This document shows positions 28,802-38,077 of a stretch of DNA of 64,000 nucleotides, piece after piece. The position numbers and the translations under genes are program-made. Below the pieces are notes generated by a model. The model was not told the DNA's origin. It made no database searches and worked only from the letters and a program-made list of their open reading frames with translations. Positions within the stretch are counted from its first letter, which is position 1. Each line of letters opens with the position of its first letter. The stretch is taken from the sequence record NZ_CP104306.1; one strand, written 5' to 3'. Source of the stretch: a plasmid.

Positions 28802-29029
28802 TTAACCTGCCAAGCCTTGTAACCAAGCAACTGCGGCAGAAGCGAAAATAACTACAATCAGCCCAATAGCAACATTGGTCATACCATCACGCGCCTCGCG
28901 GATTTTCTGTTGATCCTTGGTCATGTGAGCAATACCCATTAAGCCAAACTTGACTGCCGCATAGCCGCCGGCAATGGCAATAATAAAACCTAAAATAGCG
29001 CTCAATAAAGCGATGACTTTTCCTTGCAT
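28802..29029 (-). CDS. Small two-TM membrane protein (VirB2/pilin-like candidate)
   Basis: A 75-aa protein with two hydrophobic helices. It sits at the 5' end of the T4SS operon. Confidence 0.35.
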   Translation of the reverse strand: MQGKVIALLSAILGFIIAIAGGYAAVKFGLMGIAHMTKDQQKIREARDGMTNVAIGLIVVIFASAAVAWLQGLAG

Positions 29030-29030
29030 A

Positions 29031-29207
29031 TTAATGTCCTTCTTTCATATTGAGATTCTTGAGTGCCTGTAGAATCAGTTTTCGATGGCTCTCAATCTCA
29101 TCAGTCATTCTTTGGTAAAGCCAGTCTTCATATGCGAGATTTTGTTGTTTCAAAATCTCCGTTAGCATTTGTTTCTGATTGTTCATTTGTGCCTTACTAA
29201 TTGCCAT
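29031..29207 (-). CDS. Small protein (58 aa) not in the ORF track, MAISKAQMNNQKQMLTEILKQQ...
   Basis: Manual translation of the minus strand. ATG at 29207 and TAA at 29031..29033. Confidence 0.25.
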   Translation of the reverse strand: MAISKAQMNNQKQMLTEILKQQNLAYEDWLYQRMTDEIESHRKLILQALKNLNMKEGH

Positions 29208-29225
29208 AACGACATCTCCTTATTT

Positions 29226-29492
29226 TTAATGCGACTCAACAAATCGCTGAAAACCGTTTTGCGGGCGAACATAAGCCACGATCACGCGCTCTTTGCTTGG
29301 TAACACCCGCACGATCTCACCAATACAAGTTGTATCTGGCAGAATAGGCCAACCAGTCTCGATGCTTAGCACCGCATGACGCAACTTCAACATCAATGCC
29401 TTCTCCTTTGGGGGTGGGAATCTGATTTCAAGAAGATCATTGTGCCGCTTAGCTTCCTTGATGTCTTTTGTTTGAAGAACCAAATTGAACAT
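29226..29492 (-). CDS. Hypothetical protein
   Basis: An 88-aa ORF upstream of the T4SS operon on the same strand. Confidence 0.3.
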   Translation of the reverse strand: MFNLVLQTKDIKEAKRHNDLLEIRFPPPKEKALMLKLRHAVLSIETGWPILPDTTCIGEIVRVLPSKERVIVAYVRPQNGFQRFVESH

Positions 29493-29503
29493 ATGATCAC
29501 CTC

Positions 29504-29902
29504 TTATATCAAGTTTTTTGGGACGGACTTAATGCGTTCTCCGCTAATCACTAGACTGCCGTCTTTTTTTAATTCAGCTGACACCACCTTTAGAACCAAA
29601 ACATTTTTCAGCTGGTTAGGCGGCTTAATATTGCCAATCACCACCGTCATACCAGGCTTAATTGGATAATCAGCATGATCCTTAACCCATGAAGCTCGGA
29701 CTCGATAAGAAAGAGCATCATGATCTTTCGAAATCAACTTCAAATTGCGATCATGTAACCAAATACCTACAGGTTCAGCCATGTTCAGTCTCCTTTCTTT
29801 AACGCAAAAAACACCTGCAATTAGCTGGCATTTGGCGTTCATTATTTTGGCATTAGCCAAGGCCGCTTTGTGGAATCGAACCACGTTTCCCAGTAGCGGC
29901 AT
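29504..29902 (-). CDS. Hypothetical protein (start likely internal, at MAEPVGIW)
   Basis: ORF on the same strand, with a bidirectional terminator about 80 bp upstream. Confidence 0.3.
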   Translation of the reverse strand: MPLLGNVVRFHKAALANAKIMNAKCQLIAGVFCVKERRLNMAEPVGIWLHDRNLKLISKDHDALSYRVRASWVKDHADYPIKPGMTVVIGNIKPPNQLKNVLVLKVVSAELKKDGSLVISGERIKSVPKNLI

Positions 29903-29928
29903 CTGTTGTCCAGCGACACACCACTAAA

Positions 29929-29958
29929 TTGCGCAACAGAGCACAACTTTGGTATAAT
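29929..29958 (+). promoter_or_regulatory. Sigma-70-type promoter (TTGCGC, 18 nt, TATAAT) driving a short antisense RNA
   Basis: -35 at 29929..29934 and -10 at 29953..29958. The terminator lies only about 25 nt downstream. Confidence 0.4.
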
Positions 29959-29964
29959 GGAGTC

Positions 29965-30007
29965 ACGTTAATACCTAAGAAAAGCGCGCCCTAGGGCGCG
30001 CTTTTTG
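29965..30007 (+). ncRNA. Candidate short antisense RNA (RNA II-like antitoxin) overlapping the 3' end of the toxin mRNA
   Basis: Bounded by the promoter above and the bidirectional terminator. It is convergent with the toxin ORF. Confidence 0.35.
29981..30007. terminator. Bidirectional intrinsic terminator (aaaagcgcgccctagggcgcgcttttt)
   Basis: A perfect GC-rich palindrome flanked by A-runs and T-runs on both sides. It contains the toxin stop codon. Confidence 0.6.
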
Positions 30008-30149
30008 CTTGTTGACGATGTTTTTTAAGAGCTTCCTGTCGTTCCTCTTTACGAGAACACAATCCGCTAATCCGAATAGATGCAAGTTCACACAAAAGGA
30101 TGAAGCCTAGTAATACCCAGAAACTGCATTTAAGAATCAACCACAGCAT
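29991..30149 (-). CDS. Fst/Ldr-like type I toxin candidate (52-aa hydrophobic peptide)
   Basis: MLWLILKCSFWVLLGFILLCELASIRISGLCSRKEERQEALKKHRQQAKSAP is one transmembrane helix followed by a charged tail. A strong SD (aaaggag) lies 8 nt upstream. A minus-strand promoter TTGATA-18-TATGAT sits at 30205..30234. Confidence 0.45.
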   Translation of the reverse strand: MLWLILKCSFWVLLGFILLCELASIRISGLCSRKEERQEALKKHRQQAKSAP

Positions 30150-30362
30150 GTCATTCGCTCCTTTATTTTTTGACTTTTGAATTGTAGGACGGTAGAAAAC
30201 CTGAATCATAAAGCCGCTTTTCTGTGCATATCAAGCGCCGTATCAAGGTTGATGGACGTTCTTTGGTAGCCTGGCAAAGTACGCGAAGCTACGCTTTCTC
30301 CTCTGTTGTTATGGTGATTTGGTAACGTTGATTATCTTTGCTGACTGTCATCTTTCCTCCAT

Positions 30363-30415
30363 TCAAAAAGTGCCATCACTTCTCCTGACTAAGTCAAGAA
30401 AGTGATGGCACTTTC
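30363..30415 (-). terminator. Hairpin terminator downstream of the 30426..30680 gene
   Basis: aagtgccatcactt ... aagtgatggcactt inverted repeat. Confidence 0.4.
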
Positions 30416-30425
30416 TGGTTATAGA

Positions 30426-30680
30426 TTAGCGCATTTTAAAACCAAGCAACATACTTATCAGTAGTACGATGCTACAAGTGAATGAGGCTGCTTGCAGCGA
30501 AAGCGAGCGTCTAGTAACCAGCATTCCCGCAATGATCAGAATGATTTGGATCACCGCAACAATGATCATAAAAGCTCGATTATACCGTCCCGCTTGCGTG
30601 GTGATTTTTTCCTTGCGAGTTAACCAAATGATGACCAATATCAAAATGATCGTTAGTAAATTCCAAACTGCTACAAGCAT
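30426..30680 (-). CDS. Small membrane protein (84 aa, 3 TM)
   Basis: Strongly hydrophobic, with RBS aaaggagg upstream. Confidence 0.4.
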   Translation of the reverse strand: MLVAVWNLLTIILILVIIWLTRKEKITTQAGRYNRAFMIIVAVIQIILIIAGMLVTRRSLSLQAASFTCSIVLLISMLLGFKMR

Positions 30681-31124
30681 GGTACACGCCTCCTTTTACT
30701 CATATTAAAGCCGTTTGTGCCTTTACAGCAACATAAAAACCCCGACTAGCAGTAAAGGACTAGTCGAGGAATGAGCCTGAAAAACAAATGATATAAGGAT
30801 GACACAGCGCATAACCTATTTTCCGCTAGGTCTCTGGTGCCCGTTTACAACATTGGAGTCTTAAGAAAGGGAACGTTCGTCACTTGATAGTCGATCGAAA
30901 TCACAATACAGCTCTCCAATATCTGCGCACCCTTAGCATAACAAAAATGACTTTTATAGCCAAGGCGGTTGCGTTATTTCTTGCTGTCTAATGTTCCAGT
31001 CTGCAACAAAGAAGCCAACTCATGAAGTTGTCCTTTGAAGATGAAGCATTCATAGTGTTGAAACACATTTATACTTAGTAGACACTCCCATAACTACCGA
31101 AGAATGGTTTCCCTAGAACTAATG

Positions 31125-31514
31125 CTATTTCTTACCCCTTTTAACACGTTTTTCCGGTTTCTTAGCCTTAACGCTGGTTTTCAGTTTTAAGGCTGGCGTG
31201 AACTTAACATTCTTAGTTGCTTCAATTTGGATTGGTTCCCCTGTTCGGGGATTGCGTCCTATTCTCGCAGCTCGGTCCGTCACTCTAAAACTACCAAACT
31301 CGATAATTTGCACCTTTTCACCAGCAACTAGGGCATCAGTGATGACTTGATTGTAGAGATTAATAAACTTGCGCAGCTCCTCGCCATTGCTGTACATGCC
31401 TTCTTTATCAGCGGCTGTCTGCATTCGTTTAATCAGCATCGCCTTATTCACGGTCAGCGGTGTCGTTGCTGCTTTGGTTACGGCCTTTTTTGGTGTTGTC
31501 TTTTTCTTTGCCAT
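31125..31514 (-). CDS. HU/IHF-family DNA-binding protein with Lys-rich N- and C-terminal extensions
   Basis: FGSFRVTDRAARIGRNPRTGEPIQIEATKNVKFTPALKLK is the HU arm signature. Confidence 0.75.
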   Translation of the reverse strand: MAKKKTTPKKAVTKAATTPLTVNKAMLIKRMQTAADKEGMYSNGEELRKFINLYNQVITDALVAGEKVQIIEFGSFRVTDRAARIGRNPRTGEPIQIEATKNVKFTPALKLKTSVKAKKPEKRVKRGKK

Positions 31515-31654
31515 GTTCTTGACCTCATTTCTTACAGAAGTATTTTCTGCTGACCCCTATATCATAAGATAATGCTAGTCATGATGCCATCTTTAACCTT
31601 TGCATATAGCGCTGCTTGTAGGAATCGAACCTACCTAAAACATTAGCAACATCA

Positions 31655-31680
31655 TAAAAAGCAGTCGATTAGACTGCTTC
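31655..31680 (-). terminator. Rho-independent terminator after the adhesin gene
   Basis: On the minus strand: aagcagtc taat cgactgctt followed by TTTTT. Confidence 0.55.
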
Positions 31681-31688
31681 TAAGAATC

Positions 31689-33929
31689 TTAACGACTTTG
31701 ACGCTTGTGGTAGTAAGCAAACCCACCAAAACCTAAGCCAATGACCAGCAATAGAATACCAAGCCAAAAGGCGACGTGGTTATTGCTATCACCTGTTTGT
31801 GGCATGGTGCCTGTCTTCTGTGCGACCGGTGCTGCTGGTGTTGTAGAAGATGGTATCGTTGGTTTAACTGGTTTAACCACATTTTTTTGGTTCTTGTTGT
31901 TTTTGGCAGAAATCTCAATGACTTGACCGTCATTTGTAAGTGTGATGCCATCTTGCTCAAAGCTGCCTGTATACCCTTCTGGGGTTTTGGTTTCTTTCAA
32001 GCTGTACTTACGGTTAGCAACAATCGCAAATTCAGCATAGCCGTTCTTATCAGTTGTTGCCTTTTGTTGATTGCCAAGATCGTCCGTCAACGTAAATTCC
32101 GCGCCAGCAACAGGGTTTCCGAACTGATCGACTTTGTGGATTTTGATTCTGCCAGTATTGATTTCATTCTTGGACGTGTATTCCAAAACTTGATCATCGT
32201 TGGCAAGCGTAATGCCTGCTTGCTTGTAGGTGCCATGATAGCCATGTGGGTTCTTGGTTTCTTCAAGAGTGTATGAACGGTTAGCAACAATCGCAAATTC
32301 AGCATAGCCGTTCTTATCCGTGGTTGCCTTTTGTTGATTGCCAAGATCGTCCGTCAACGTAAATTCGGCACCAGCTAAAGGTTTGCCATTCTGATCAACT
32401 TTATGGACTTTCACAACGCCCTTATTCAACGTGTTCTTAGCCGTATAACTTAAAACCTGACCGTCATTAGCAAGTGTGATGCCAGCCTGCTTAAAGTTGC
32501 CGGTGTACCCTGCTGGGGTCTTGGTTTCTTCAAGTGTGTACGTGCGGTTAGCAACGATGTTGAATGAAGCAAGACCATCTTTGTCGGTCGTTGCCTTTTG
32601 TTGATTGCCTTGATCGTCAGTCAATGTAAATGCAGCACCTGCTAAAGATTTGTCATTCTGATCGACTTTATGGACTTTCACAACACCCTTATTCAACGTG
32701 TTCTTGGCCGTGTAACTAAAGACCTGACCGTCATTAGCAAGCGTGATACCAGCCTGCTTGAAGCTACCTGTGTACCCTGCTGGGGTCTTGGTTTCTTCCA
32801 GCGAATACGTCGCGCCTTCGGCAATCGTAAAGGTAGCCAGGCCATCTTTACCAGTGACTGCTTTTGTGGCCGTGCCGTTGTTATCTGTCAAAGTAAATTC
32901 AGCACCAGCAAGCGACTTACCGTCCTGATCCACCTTGTGAACCTGCACCTTACCGGTTGCTCGCGTCCAGTTAGCCTGATTATTAGCAAGCAGCGGCTTA
33001 ACGAGTCCGGCAATGAGTACCAGGCTGTCTTGATAGGTTTGCGCAGCGTCTGTATAAACAACCGGCACAATCGCGGACACATTGCCGTTGACATCAAAAG
33101 TGATATTGCCAGTTGGTGTTGATGTTGGCACTAGGATTGAAAATGGTTGACCAACGGTCACCGTATTGTTGGTAATGGCGTTGCCTTTTGCATCGACAAG
33201 TTTCATACCAGGCACTTGGTTCTTGAAGTTCAGTGTCGCTGTGCCCTGCTGGTTACTGTTGACCGTGTAAGTGTACTTGTGATACCCATTTTCCTTTGTT
33301 TGACCATCTGCACTGATGGTAAAGGACGTGTTCGCCGTGTCCTTTTGGTTCATCACATTGTTATAAACCAACGTTGCGGCTGCTTTTACACGATTAACAG
33401 CGTCTTGACCATATGGCGCATAGATACCGTCCTTGAAGGCGCCAGGACGTGATGCCTGCCAAACAAGTTGATCCCACGATAAATTGCCGCTGATAACCCA
33501 CGAAACCAGCTGAGAAGCATACCAGGCTTCCTGGTTCGTCAGTCCAGCAATATTCCAGTACGCTGTATCGCTTGCTGGGTGCGCCGTAAAGCCATATTTG
33601 AACAGCCGATATTGTGCATCAGTTCCGAGCTGTCCCTTCTCGTGTGTTTGACCGATTGGAGATTCTCGTTGTGCTTCCAAACAGTAGGCGTAGTTACCAT
33701 TGCTGTCTTTGTACGACTGGGAAATCAAGTAATTTAGCGACCCCGTTGGGGTTTTCACCATGGCGTAGCCTGCCCCGTCTGTATTCGCGGCATAGTCGCC
33801 TTTACTGAATGTCATGGACGCAGGCACGTCAGTATCTGCCGCCGCAGATACATGGTTGAGTTGACCGCCAATAAGTCCCAGTGCGACTGCACCAGTAAAA
33901 AAGGCGGCCTTTAGCCATTTATGTTGCAT
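31689..33929 (-). CDS. LPxTG-anchored adhesin with an N-terminal thioester (TED-like) domain and four CnaB-type repeats
   Basis: A signal peptide, then Cys in NYAYCLEAQ and Gln in YASQLVSWVI, which form a TQxxxW-like thioester motif. Four repeats of about 88 aa (VHKVDQ.GK.LAGAEFTLTD...YTLEETKTPAGY) follow. C-terminal MPQTG sorting signal, transmembrane segment and KRQSR tail. Confidence 0.7.
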   Translation of the reverse strand: MQHKWLKAAFFTGAVALGLIGGQLNHVSAAADTDVPASMTFSKGDYAANTDGAGYAMVKTPTGSLNYLISQSYKDSNGNYAYCLEAQRESPIGQTHEKGQLGTDAQYRLFKYGFTAHPASDTAYWNIAGLTNQEAWYASQLVSWVISGNLSWDQLVWQASRPGAFKDGIYAPYGQDAVNRVKAAATLVYNNVMNQKDTANTSFTISADGQTKENGYHKYTYTVNSNQQGTATLNFKNQVPGMKLVDAKGNAITNNTVTVGQPFSILVPTSTPTGNITFDVNGNVSAIVPVVYTDAAQTYQDSLVLIAGLVKPLLANNQANWTRATGKVQVHKVDQDGKSLAGAEFTLTDNNGTATKAVTGKDGLATFTIAEGATYSLEETKTPAGYTGSFKQAGITLANDGQVFSYTAKNTLNKGVVKVHKVDQNDKSLAGAAFTLTDDQGNQQKATTDKDGLASFNIVANRTYTLEETKTPAGYTGNFKQAGITLANDGQVLSYTAKNTLNKGVVKVHKVDQNGKPLAGAEFTLTDDLGNQQKATTDKNGYAEFAIVANRSYTLEETKNPHGYHGTYKQAGITLANDDQVLEYTSKNEINTGRIKIHKVDQFGNPVAGAEFTLTDDLGNQQKATTDKNGYAEFAIVANRKYSLKETKTPEGYTGSFEQDGITLTNDGQVIEISAKNNKNQKNVVKPVKPTIPSSTTPAAPVAQKTGTMPQTGDSNNHVAFWLGILLLVIGLGFGGFAYYHKRQSR
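31870..32945. repeat. Four tandem repeats of about 264 bp encoding CnaB-type domains (near-identical stretches of 170 bp or more)
   Basis: For example, 32370..32540 and 32640..32810 are almost identical at the DNA level. Confidence 0.6.
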
Positions 33930-34076
33930 TATTTCTCCTTCTTTCTGTTACTTCTTTGTTTGAATCAGTAACTTCCTTCACTACCAACTCACATCGGCAC
34001 CACCTCCCGAAAGGTACAAAAAAACAGCCAATCTAGTCGATTGACTGTTCTAAAGTCATTTAAATTTAGCGAAACC

Positions 34077-35062
34077 TTACCGGACAGCTACTGCCATACC
34101 AGTCACATTAAAGGCGTTCTCAAAAGTGCCAGCATTGATCCAACGGGCGCCGAAGACTGGATCAACAACGTGATAGGCACCATCTTTGAAGCCATCAACG
34201 CTGACAACATGACCGTTCCAAACAGCACGTCCCCAGGACATTTGCTGGAACTTGGTTGTGCATTACTACTGCCACTATTACTAGAAACACCATTGCCACT
34301 AGTTTGACCCTGAGGTGCGTTTGTCTTGGTAGTGTTGCTAGCTGTCATTGTTGCTGCGGATTGACTACTTGCGGTTTGGCTAGAGGAAGTTGCTGTCTGT
34401 GCCGCAGCTAATTGCGAGTCACCTGCAGCTGCCTGCTTCTTAGCCTGCTCAGCTTGCTGATCTTTAGGCAGATTCTTGATGGCATCGTCTAATTTTGGTA
34501 AGTATTTATCCTTGAATGCTTTGACATTGACCGCATTGATAGCATCACGAGCCTGATTGATTTTCGTCTGATCTGGATCGCCGGTCGTAGCCGCTTTAAC
34601 AAGTGCCACTGCTTTGACTTCACGATCAAGCAATGTTGCCTTGTCCTTAATAGTCGCCGCAAACTTAGCTTTATGTGCTTGTAGATAAGTAAAATCATTG
34701 TTGAAGACTTGAATCTTAAAGTCCTCGTCTTTCAACACCTGATCCTTATCAAGCTCAGTATTCAAAGTATCTTGGACGAAGAAGATTTTCTTGGCCGCCT
34801 GCAACTGTTGTTGATCGACTTTGAACGTCTTCTGTTGTGCTTTCGACAAATCGCCCCGCAGCTTATACACTTTATCCTTTTGCGTGTTGGCCTTAGTCAA
34901 TGCCGCTTCGCTGAGCTGCTTAGCAGGTATCTCATACCTGCTGTCAGCGTAAAGGCTTTTAACCTGCTTGGTTAAGCGCGTCAATTGCGGTTGTCCCGAT
35001 GTTTTGGGCGTTGATGCTTTAGCCTGATTACCACATCCGGCTAAAAGTACCTAGACACTAAA
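34077..35062 (-). pseudogene. Lipoprotein gene with apparent frameshifts (signal peptide, lipobox LLAGC and C-terminal domain in different frames)
   Basis: ATG at 35062 encodes MKMMVKTGGII then a stop. VLLAGCGNQ is in the +1 frame, and the long ORF is 34103..34984. The C-terminal 60 aa (SWGRAVWNGHVVSVDGFKDGAYHVVD...AVR stop at 34077) are in another frame. Confidence 0.3.
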
Positions 35063-35134
35063 TGATCCCACCCGTTTTTACCATCATTTTCATTTGTTTC
35101 AGCCTCCTGTTCAGAATCTTCTTATGCATGATGC

Positions 35135-35410
35135 TTATAGCAAATTGCTATCAATGACGATCGTCCTTGCATCGTCCTCACCCTTCAAGACTAACTTTTC
35201 CTTTTCAACTAATTCATCATGGAAATCAGCCAAGTCATCTGCTTCTAGCAGAATTTCAGCGGCTTGATCAAGTGATACCTCATGTGGCATCAAATCATCT
35301 ATCGCATCATCAATCTCATTTTGATAGATGCGCTTAGCCTCTTCTGAAGTGTCTGCTGCAATCAACGCATAATAATCATGATGATCAGTGTCAAATTCAT
35401 AGAATCGCAT
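35135..35410 (-). CDS. Small acidic hypothetical protein
   Basis: A 91-aa ORF rich in Asp/Glu. Confidence 0.3.
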   Translation of the reverse strand: MRFYEFDTDHHDYYALIAADTSEEAKRIYQNEIDDAIDDLMPHEVSLDQAAEILLEADDLADFHDELVEKEKLVLKGEDDARTIVIDSNLL

Positions 35411-35627
35411 GATGATTGCCTCCTATCCGCCATTCCTTAATTGGATGGTGTCGTCGATATTCCCATTCCTGTTCTGGCAACTCTGGCTTAATCTCCTCAG
35501 TCTCCCCTGGTCTTAAAGCCGTCATGTAATACCCATGATCAACAAAAGTATAACGCACGCCCTTTTCCAAATGTGGTAGAGTCTTCCCCACACCATTAAC
35601 AAAAGGGACTTTTGTCTGTTTAAGCAC
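35397..35627 (-). CDS. Small hypothetical protein
   Basis: Overlaps its neighbours in a tight operon of four small ORFs. Confidence 0.3.
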   Translation of the reverse strand: MLKQTKVPFVNGVGKTLPHLEKGVRYTFVDHGYYMTALRPGETEEIKPELPEQEWEYRRHHPIKEWRIGGNHHAIL

Positions 35628-35838
35628 CCAAACTCACCGCCTTCACACTTGATCCTAATACCCCATGTCGTATGACGATTCGTTGATCCGTCTTGCTTTC
35701 TGCTAAGATCTCAATCCATTCACGTTGTCGTACCGGATCGTGGTCATATAACCGTCGCGCCCGATCATAAGTTGCGTAATCAATACTCGTCAGCCGATGT
35801 TGTTGCATAAACACAAGTAGCTTGTCGATTGCTTTCAT
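35620..35838 (-). CDS. Small hypothetical protein
   Basis: Overlapping operon arrangement. Confidence 0.3.
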   Translation of the reverse strand: MKAIDKLLVFMQQHRLTSIDYATYDRARRLYDHDPVRQREWIEILAESKTDQRIVIRHGVLGSSVKAVSLGA

Positions 35839-35845
35839 CTCTAGA

Positions 35846-36082
35846 TTACCTCATTTCAATTTCTGAATGAATCGTTTCCTTGTGCCGTTTTCCTCTTAGC
35901 CTGACGGCCTCACTACGATTGAGCCAGGCCATTAGTAAGTGTCTCTCTCGCAGACTCAAGTCATGCATATGAGCACGGCGATATTTAAAATAGTCTTCAA
36001 CCGTCGTGATCTTGCCAAGTTTAGTCATGTTGACAAACTCAGTCACAACTTCACGTTGATGTAACCTTTTTTGCTGTTGCAT
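35846..36082 (-). CDS. Small hypothetical protein
   Basis: RBS aaaggagcaggtgcc ATG, and first in the small-ORF operon. Confidence 0.3.
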   Translation of the reverse strand: MQQQKRLHQREVVTEFVNMTKLGKITTVEDYFKYRRAHMHDLSLRERHLLMAWLNRSEAVRLRGKRHKETIHSEIEMR

Positions 36083-36603
36083 GGCACCTGCTCCTTTTGA
36101 TTCAACTCACAAAATGATGCCTACGCATGAAGCATAGGTGAGGTCTGACCTCATGGTTTCTTAAAAAGCTAATAAACGTTTTTTTCGTGAAATTCTCGAG
36201 TTTTCTAGGCATGAAACTCGCTAAACCTTAGCGTCTATGACGCTCGATTGACAGCTCTAGGCATATGCTGACGACCTTTCCAGCCATTCACTACCACCCA
36301 AGCAAAAACTTGCTGACACTCACCGTCGAGTGATTCACGGTCTGGTTCTAAGCCGCAGCAAAGAACGGTCAAACACATTATGTCTCGCCCGCTTTGATGG
36401 TGACACGGACTACTGGTGGCGGCACGGAATACCGAGGCGTTCCTCACCCACTTGATTTCGCGGGCAACCATCTCCCCTTCACATACCGGCTGTGAGGAAC
36501 ACCGTCGAAAAAGGCCGGAGGGAGTTTAAGGCTATTCAGATTTCAAAGAGCTAAAGGTGTGCGTTCACACGCACGCATCATATTGTGAGTTGAACTGGCG
36601 TGA

Positions 36604-36840
36604 TTATGACAGCTTGTATAAAGCCGCCTGTGGGTGTTTGCGCTTAGCAATCATCGTATGGTCACTGTTGTAAACACTACGAATCTTGGGATAAAGCTGT
36701 TCAATCGCCTCAAGCGAAGCAAGATCGCGATCGTAAAAAGTACCGTCAGCGTGATTAATGAGCACCCGTCGATCAAAAGTCCGAACGCAAAATGCCTGTC
36801 TTACAACTCCTGAACGTGCTAGAATAGCCATTGTAACCAC
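36604..36840 (-). CDS. Hypothetical protein
   Basis: A 78-aa ORF with RBS aaggag. Confidence 0.3.
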   Translation of the reverse strand: MVTMAILARSGVVRQAFCVRTFDRRVLINHADGTFYDRDLASLEAIEQLYPKIRSVYNSDHTMIAKRKHPQAALYKLS

Positions 36841-37324
36841 TCCTTTCTTAGGATTAGCAGCACCAAGAGAAACACAAAAATAAGGGGCGCGCTGCCTGCT
36901 GGCAACGCGCCCCTCACTTCGTCTTGTTTGGCTGCTATTTTGACGTCTCTTACTTTCGCTCTAAGACTTCTCTAAGAGAAGTTCCACAGCGGTCACAAGG
37001 TCTGTTAAAATAAACTTGCCGCGCTTAACGCGGTGAAGACGGCAGTTGCTAGGCTAGCGGTGACTAGTTCTAGTAACAGTCACAGTGCGCTTATCCTGGA
37101 TTGGTAGTCTAGGTCAGTGCTGTGATGCTGTCTTATTTTTTTGTGTTCCCCTTGCTACTGTTGATTCTGAATTCAAGATAACACTTGAATTTTTTGAATG
37201 CAAGCATTAGTGTGTAGAGGAACAAATTAAGTAAGGCAAACATGTGTTGAATTGAGCAGGTAGACAAACAAATGTTCGCCTATATTTATTATAGGACCTG
37301 GTTCCTTTTTAGACAAGAATTTTT

Positions 37325-38077
37325 CTAATTCTTGTCTTTCTTTTTGCTCTTCTCTAGGTTGGCTAACTCTTCACGAACCCTATGATGGCGGCGAATCACT
37401 TTACGAACTCGGTTATGTTTTTGTTGTGCAGAATCAAATGGCCCCCGGTAATCTTTCTGTCGTTGTCGCTCAGTTCTTTGTCCTTGTTTGACTTGAACAG
37501 ACGAGGCATATTGGCTTGTGAACTCAATCATAAATTGATCTGGTACAACCCGGCCATCTTGTAATTGCCGCTGCTTTTGTTTGGTAACATAAAGCACCAT
37601 CACATCATGTAGCTGGCCATCTTTGCCACGAACATGCGCAACTCGCCCTAATGGCCGATCCGGAATGACCAAATCATCAGGGACTAGCCAGTAGTATTTA
37701 GTCGGTCGAATGCGCTTTGGCGTCATGAAGTAACCTGCCATCATAGTAACTTTTCCAAGTACCTTGACGTGACGATTACGATGCTGCGTAAAGGCTTTTA
37801 ACTCCGTATCAGTCTCTGTTTTCTCCTGGATCAAGCGTTCTTTGACGGCGGCATAGCTGTGCTTTCTAGCTTCTTCCGCTCGTTGATTAGCAGTTTTTTG
37901 TGCCTCTGCCAGAATATCCTCTCGTTCATCAGGATCACTCGTTTGAATCATGAGTAAGTGCAGACCGGCACGTTCTGCCTCAGTTAGCTCTTTGAGGTTT
38001 TTGAGCGCTACCTCTTCCGGAAAGGCTTCACGTTTCCGTTGATTAAACTCTTTAGAATTCATCAGGGTCGCCTCCAT
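37325..38077 (-). CDS. Replication-associated protein (RepB-like, downstream of and overlapping repA)
   Basis: A 26-nt overlap with the repA stop and a basic C-terminus. Confidence 0.35.
   Translation of the reverse strand: MEATLMNSKEFNQRKREAFPEEVALKNLKELTEAERAGLHLLMIQTSDPDEREDILAEAQKTANQRAEEARKHSYAAVKERLIQEKTETDTELKAFTQHRNRHVKVLGKVTMMAGYFMTPKRIRPTKYYWLVPDDLVIPDRPLGRVAHVRGKDGQLHDVMVLYVTKQKQRQLQDGRVVPDQFMIEFTSQYASSVQVKQGQRTERQRQKDYRGPFDSAQQKHNRVRKVIRRHHRVREELANLEKSKKKDKN

Noticed and set aside
29226-29902. The two small genes upstream of the Fst-like locus, considered as a type II toxin-antitoxin pair
   Set aside because: No recognisable toxin (MazF, RelE or PIN) or antitoxin fold motifs. 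The sizes and order are compatible with toxin-antitoxin, but the evidence is insufficient.
20891-33452. Numerous 60-200-aa ORFs antisense to large genes (for example 20891..21520 plus strand, 31776..32276 plus strand, 32670..33122 plus strand, 3197..3505 minus strand)
   Set aside because: They lie entirely within and opposite to long ORFs with strong domain evidence. They have repeat-driven low-complexity translations and no RBS.
36235-36471. 78-aa ORF in the 36.1-37.3 kb ORF-poor region
   Set aside because: No RBS. It overlaps GC-rich hairpins and the product is Cys/Trp/Arg-rich low-complexity. It is more likely non-coding.
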